Below, piece by piece: positions 63,409 to 64,000 of a stretch of DNA of 64,000 nt. The notes below the pieces were generated by a model, which was given only the letters and a program-made list of their open reading frames with translations, was not told where the DNA came from and made no database searches. The stretch is from a virus (lineage: Duplodnaviria; Caudoviricetes). A program made the position numbers and the translations under genes. The DNA is taken from IMG/VR virus record IMGVR_UViG_2599185236_000001, positions 1-64,000 of that record; one strand, 5' to 3'. The first letter of the stretch is position 1; every line of letters begins with the position of its first letter.

Positions 63409-64000
63409 TAGGCTGCCACTCCCGTAGGCGCCGGAAAGTGCTTCGAGAGTTCGGCGAACCCCTGCCCCTTCTTGTACGGAATGGCATCGGGCATGCTGTA
63501 CCGGTTCTTGGCATTGAAGCCGGCGCCCTCGTTCAGGTGGACCTGCCGCTCCTTGCCGCCCTCAGCGTGCGCCACCTTCGTCTGTCGCGCGACTTCCTTC
63601 TCCTTGATGGACACGCGGTAGTTCATGAAGGCGACGATGTCGGACTTCTCGCGGACCAGCGCATTGGCGCGCTTGTGAAGCTTCGGCTGGTATCGGCTGT
63701 AGGGGTCCGTCACCGGGCTGTCGAAGCGAACGATTTCCGGGTGGGCGAGCATGACGACGCAGATCCCGCGCTGCGCCAGAGCCGATACGGCTGCCATGAG
63801 CTCGTTCCACTCGGTATCGGCCTCGACGTAGCCCTTACCGAATCCGGCCTCTTCGATGGTCGCGACGCCGATGCGCTGGCACGTGGCGCGCCAGACGAGT
63901 GGCTCGAGGCCGTCGAGGCTGTCCAGGATGACGGTCTTGCGGTCGTGCTCCTCTGTGAGCAGTTCGCCGAAGATGTCGAGCAGTTCGTCGAAGCTCTCGA
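63408..64000 (-). CDS. AAA_24 ATPase (Sak4-like recombinase), 5' end outside window
   Basis: TVILDSLDGLE, GFGKGY, LAH-x-EI...DPYSRY, E-x-SD-x-V-x-F, AKNRY. Confidence 0.85.
   Translation of the reverse strand, partial: ESFDELLDIFGELLTEEHDRKTVILDSLDGLEPLVWRATCQRIGVATIEEAGFGKGYVEADTEWNELMAAVSALAQRGICVVMLAHPEIVRFDSPVTDPYSRYQPKLHKRANALVREKSDIVAFMNYRVSIKEKEVARQTKVAHAEGGKERQVHLNEGAGFNAKNRYSMPDAIPYKKGQGFAELSKHFPAPTGVAA

Noticed and set aside
1834-63410. Many leftward proteins end in -AA (KEAA, REAA, VAA, RAA), suggestive of ClpX degrons
   Set aside because: Most are explained by an RBS plus ATGA overlap (GAG GCC GCA TGA) with the next gene. Only those preceded by ANDN are reported as tag-like.
1-64000. 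Integrase, att sites, CI repressor, DGR, IS elements
   Set aside because: None recognisable within the window. Temperate lifestyle is inferred only from the morons and LexA boxes.

Overview
The whole 64 kb window is one siphovirus-type phage or prophage, most likely of a Rhizobiaceae host (inferred from alphaproteobacterial LexA boxes, EcfG-type promoter motifs and a DUF982 gene). Core genes all lie on the minus strand. From right to left they are: (1) a replication/recombination module (Sak4-like AAA ATPase, DUF669 SSB, beta sliding clamp, Cas4-like exonuclease, ECF-like sigma factor, SF2 helicase, two adenine methyltransferases, PAPS-reductase-like protein, Prim-Pol/helicase, an iteron-type origin); (2) tRNA-Met, HNH, terminases, portal, ClpP-like protease and HK97 capsid; (3) a long non-contractile tail, lysis cassette and tail-fibre/depolymerase genes; (4) a roughly 12 kb accessory island (SOS-boxed SRAP operon, H-NS-like, GT8, Stealth, GT2, S1/P1 nuclease, GT32, AT3-SGNH acyltransferase); (5) a nucleotide-metabolism cluster. 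No integrase, repressor or CRISPR array is visible in the window. The most striking unexplained signal is the peptide ANDN, the start of the alphaproteobacterial tmRNA (SsrA) tag. It occurs 18 times in 15 unrelated phage proteins, always in frame, varying only at third codon positions. In four proteins it begins a tag-like C-terminus, three ending -AA and one -SA. Other notable features are a multi-pairing structured leader at 5.5-5.7 kb, an HNH gene whose only usable start lies inside a tRNA, an SRA-HNH type IV restriction gene, and a surface-polysaccharide conversion cassette. Start positions were refined by eye from RBS and overlap context. No database searches were run, so family assignments are from recognised motifs.
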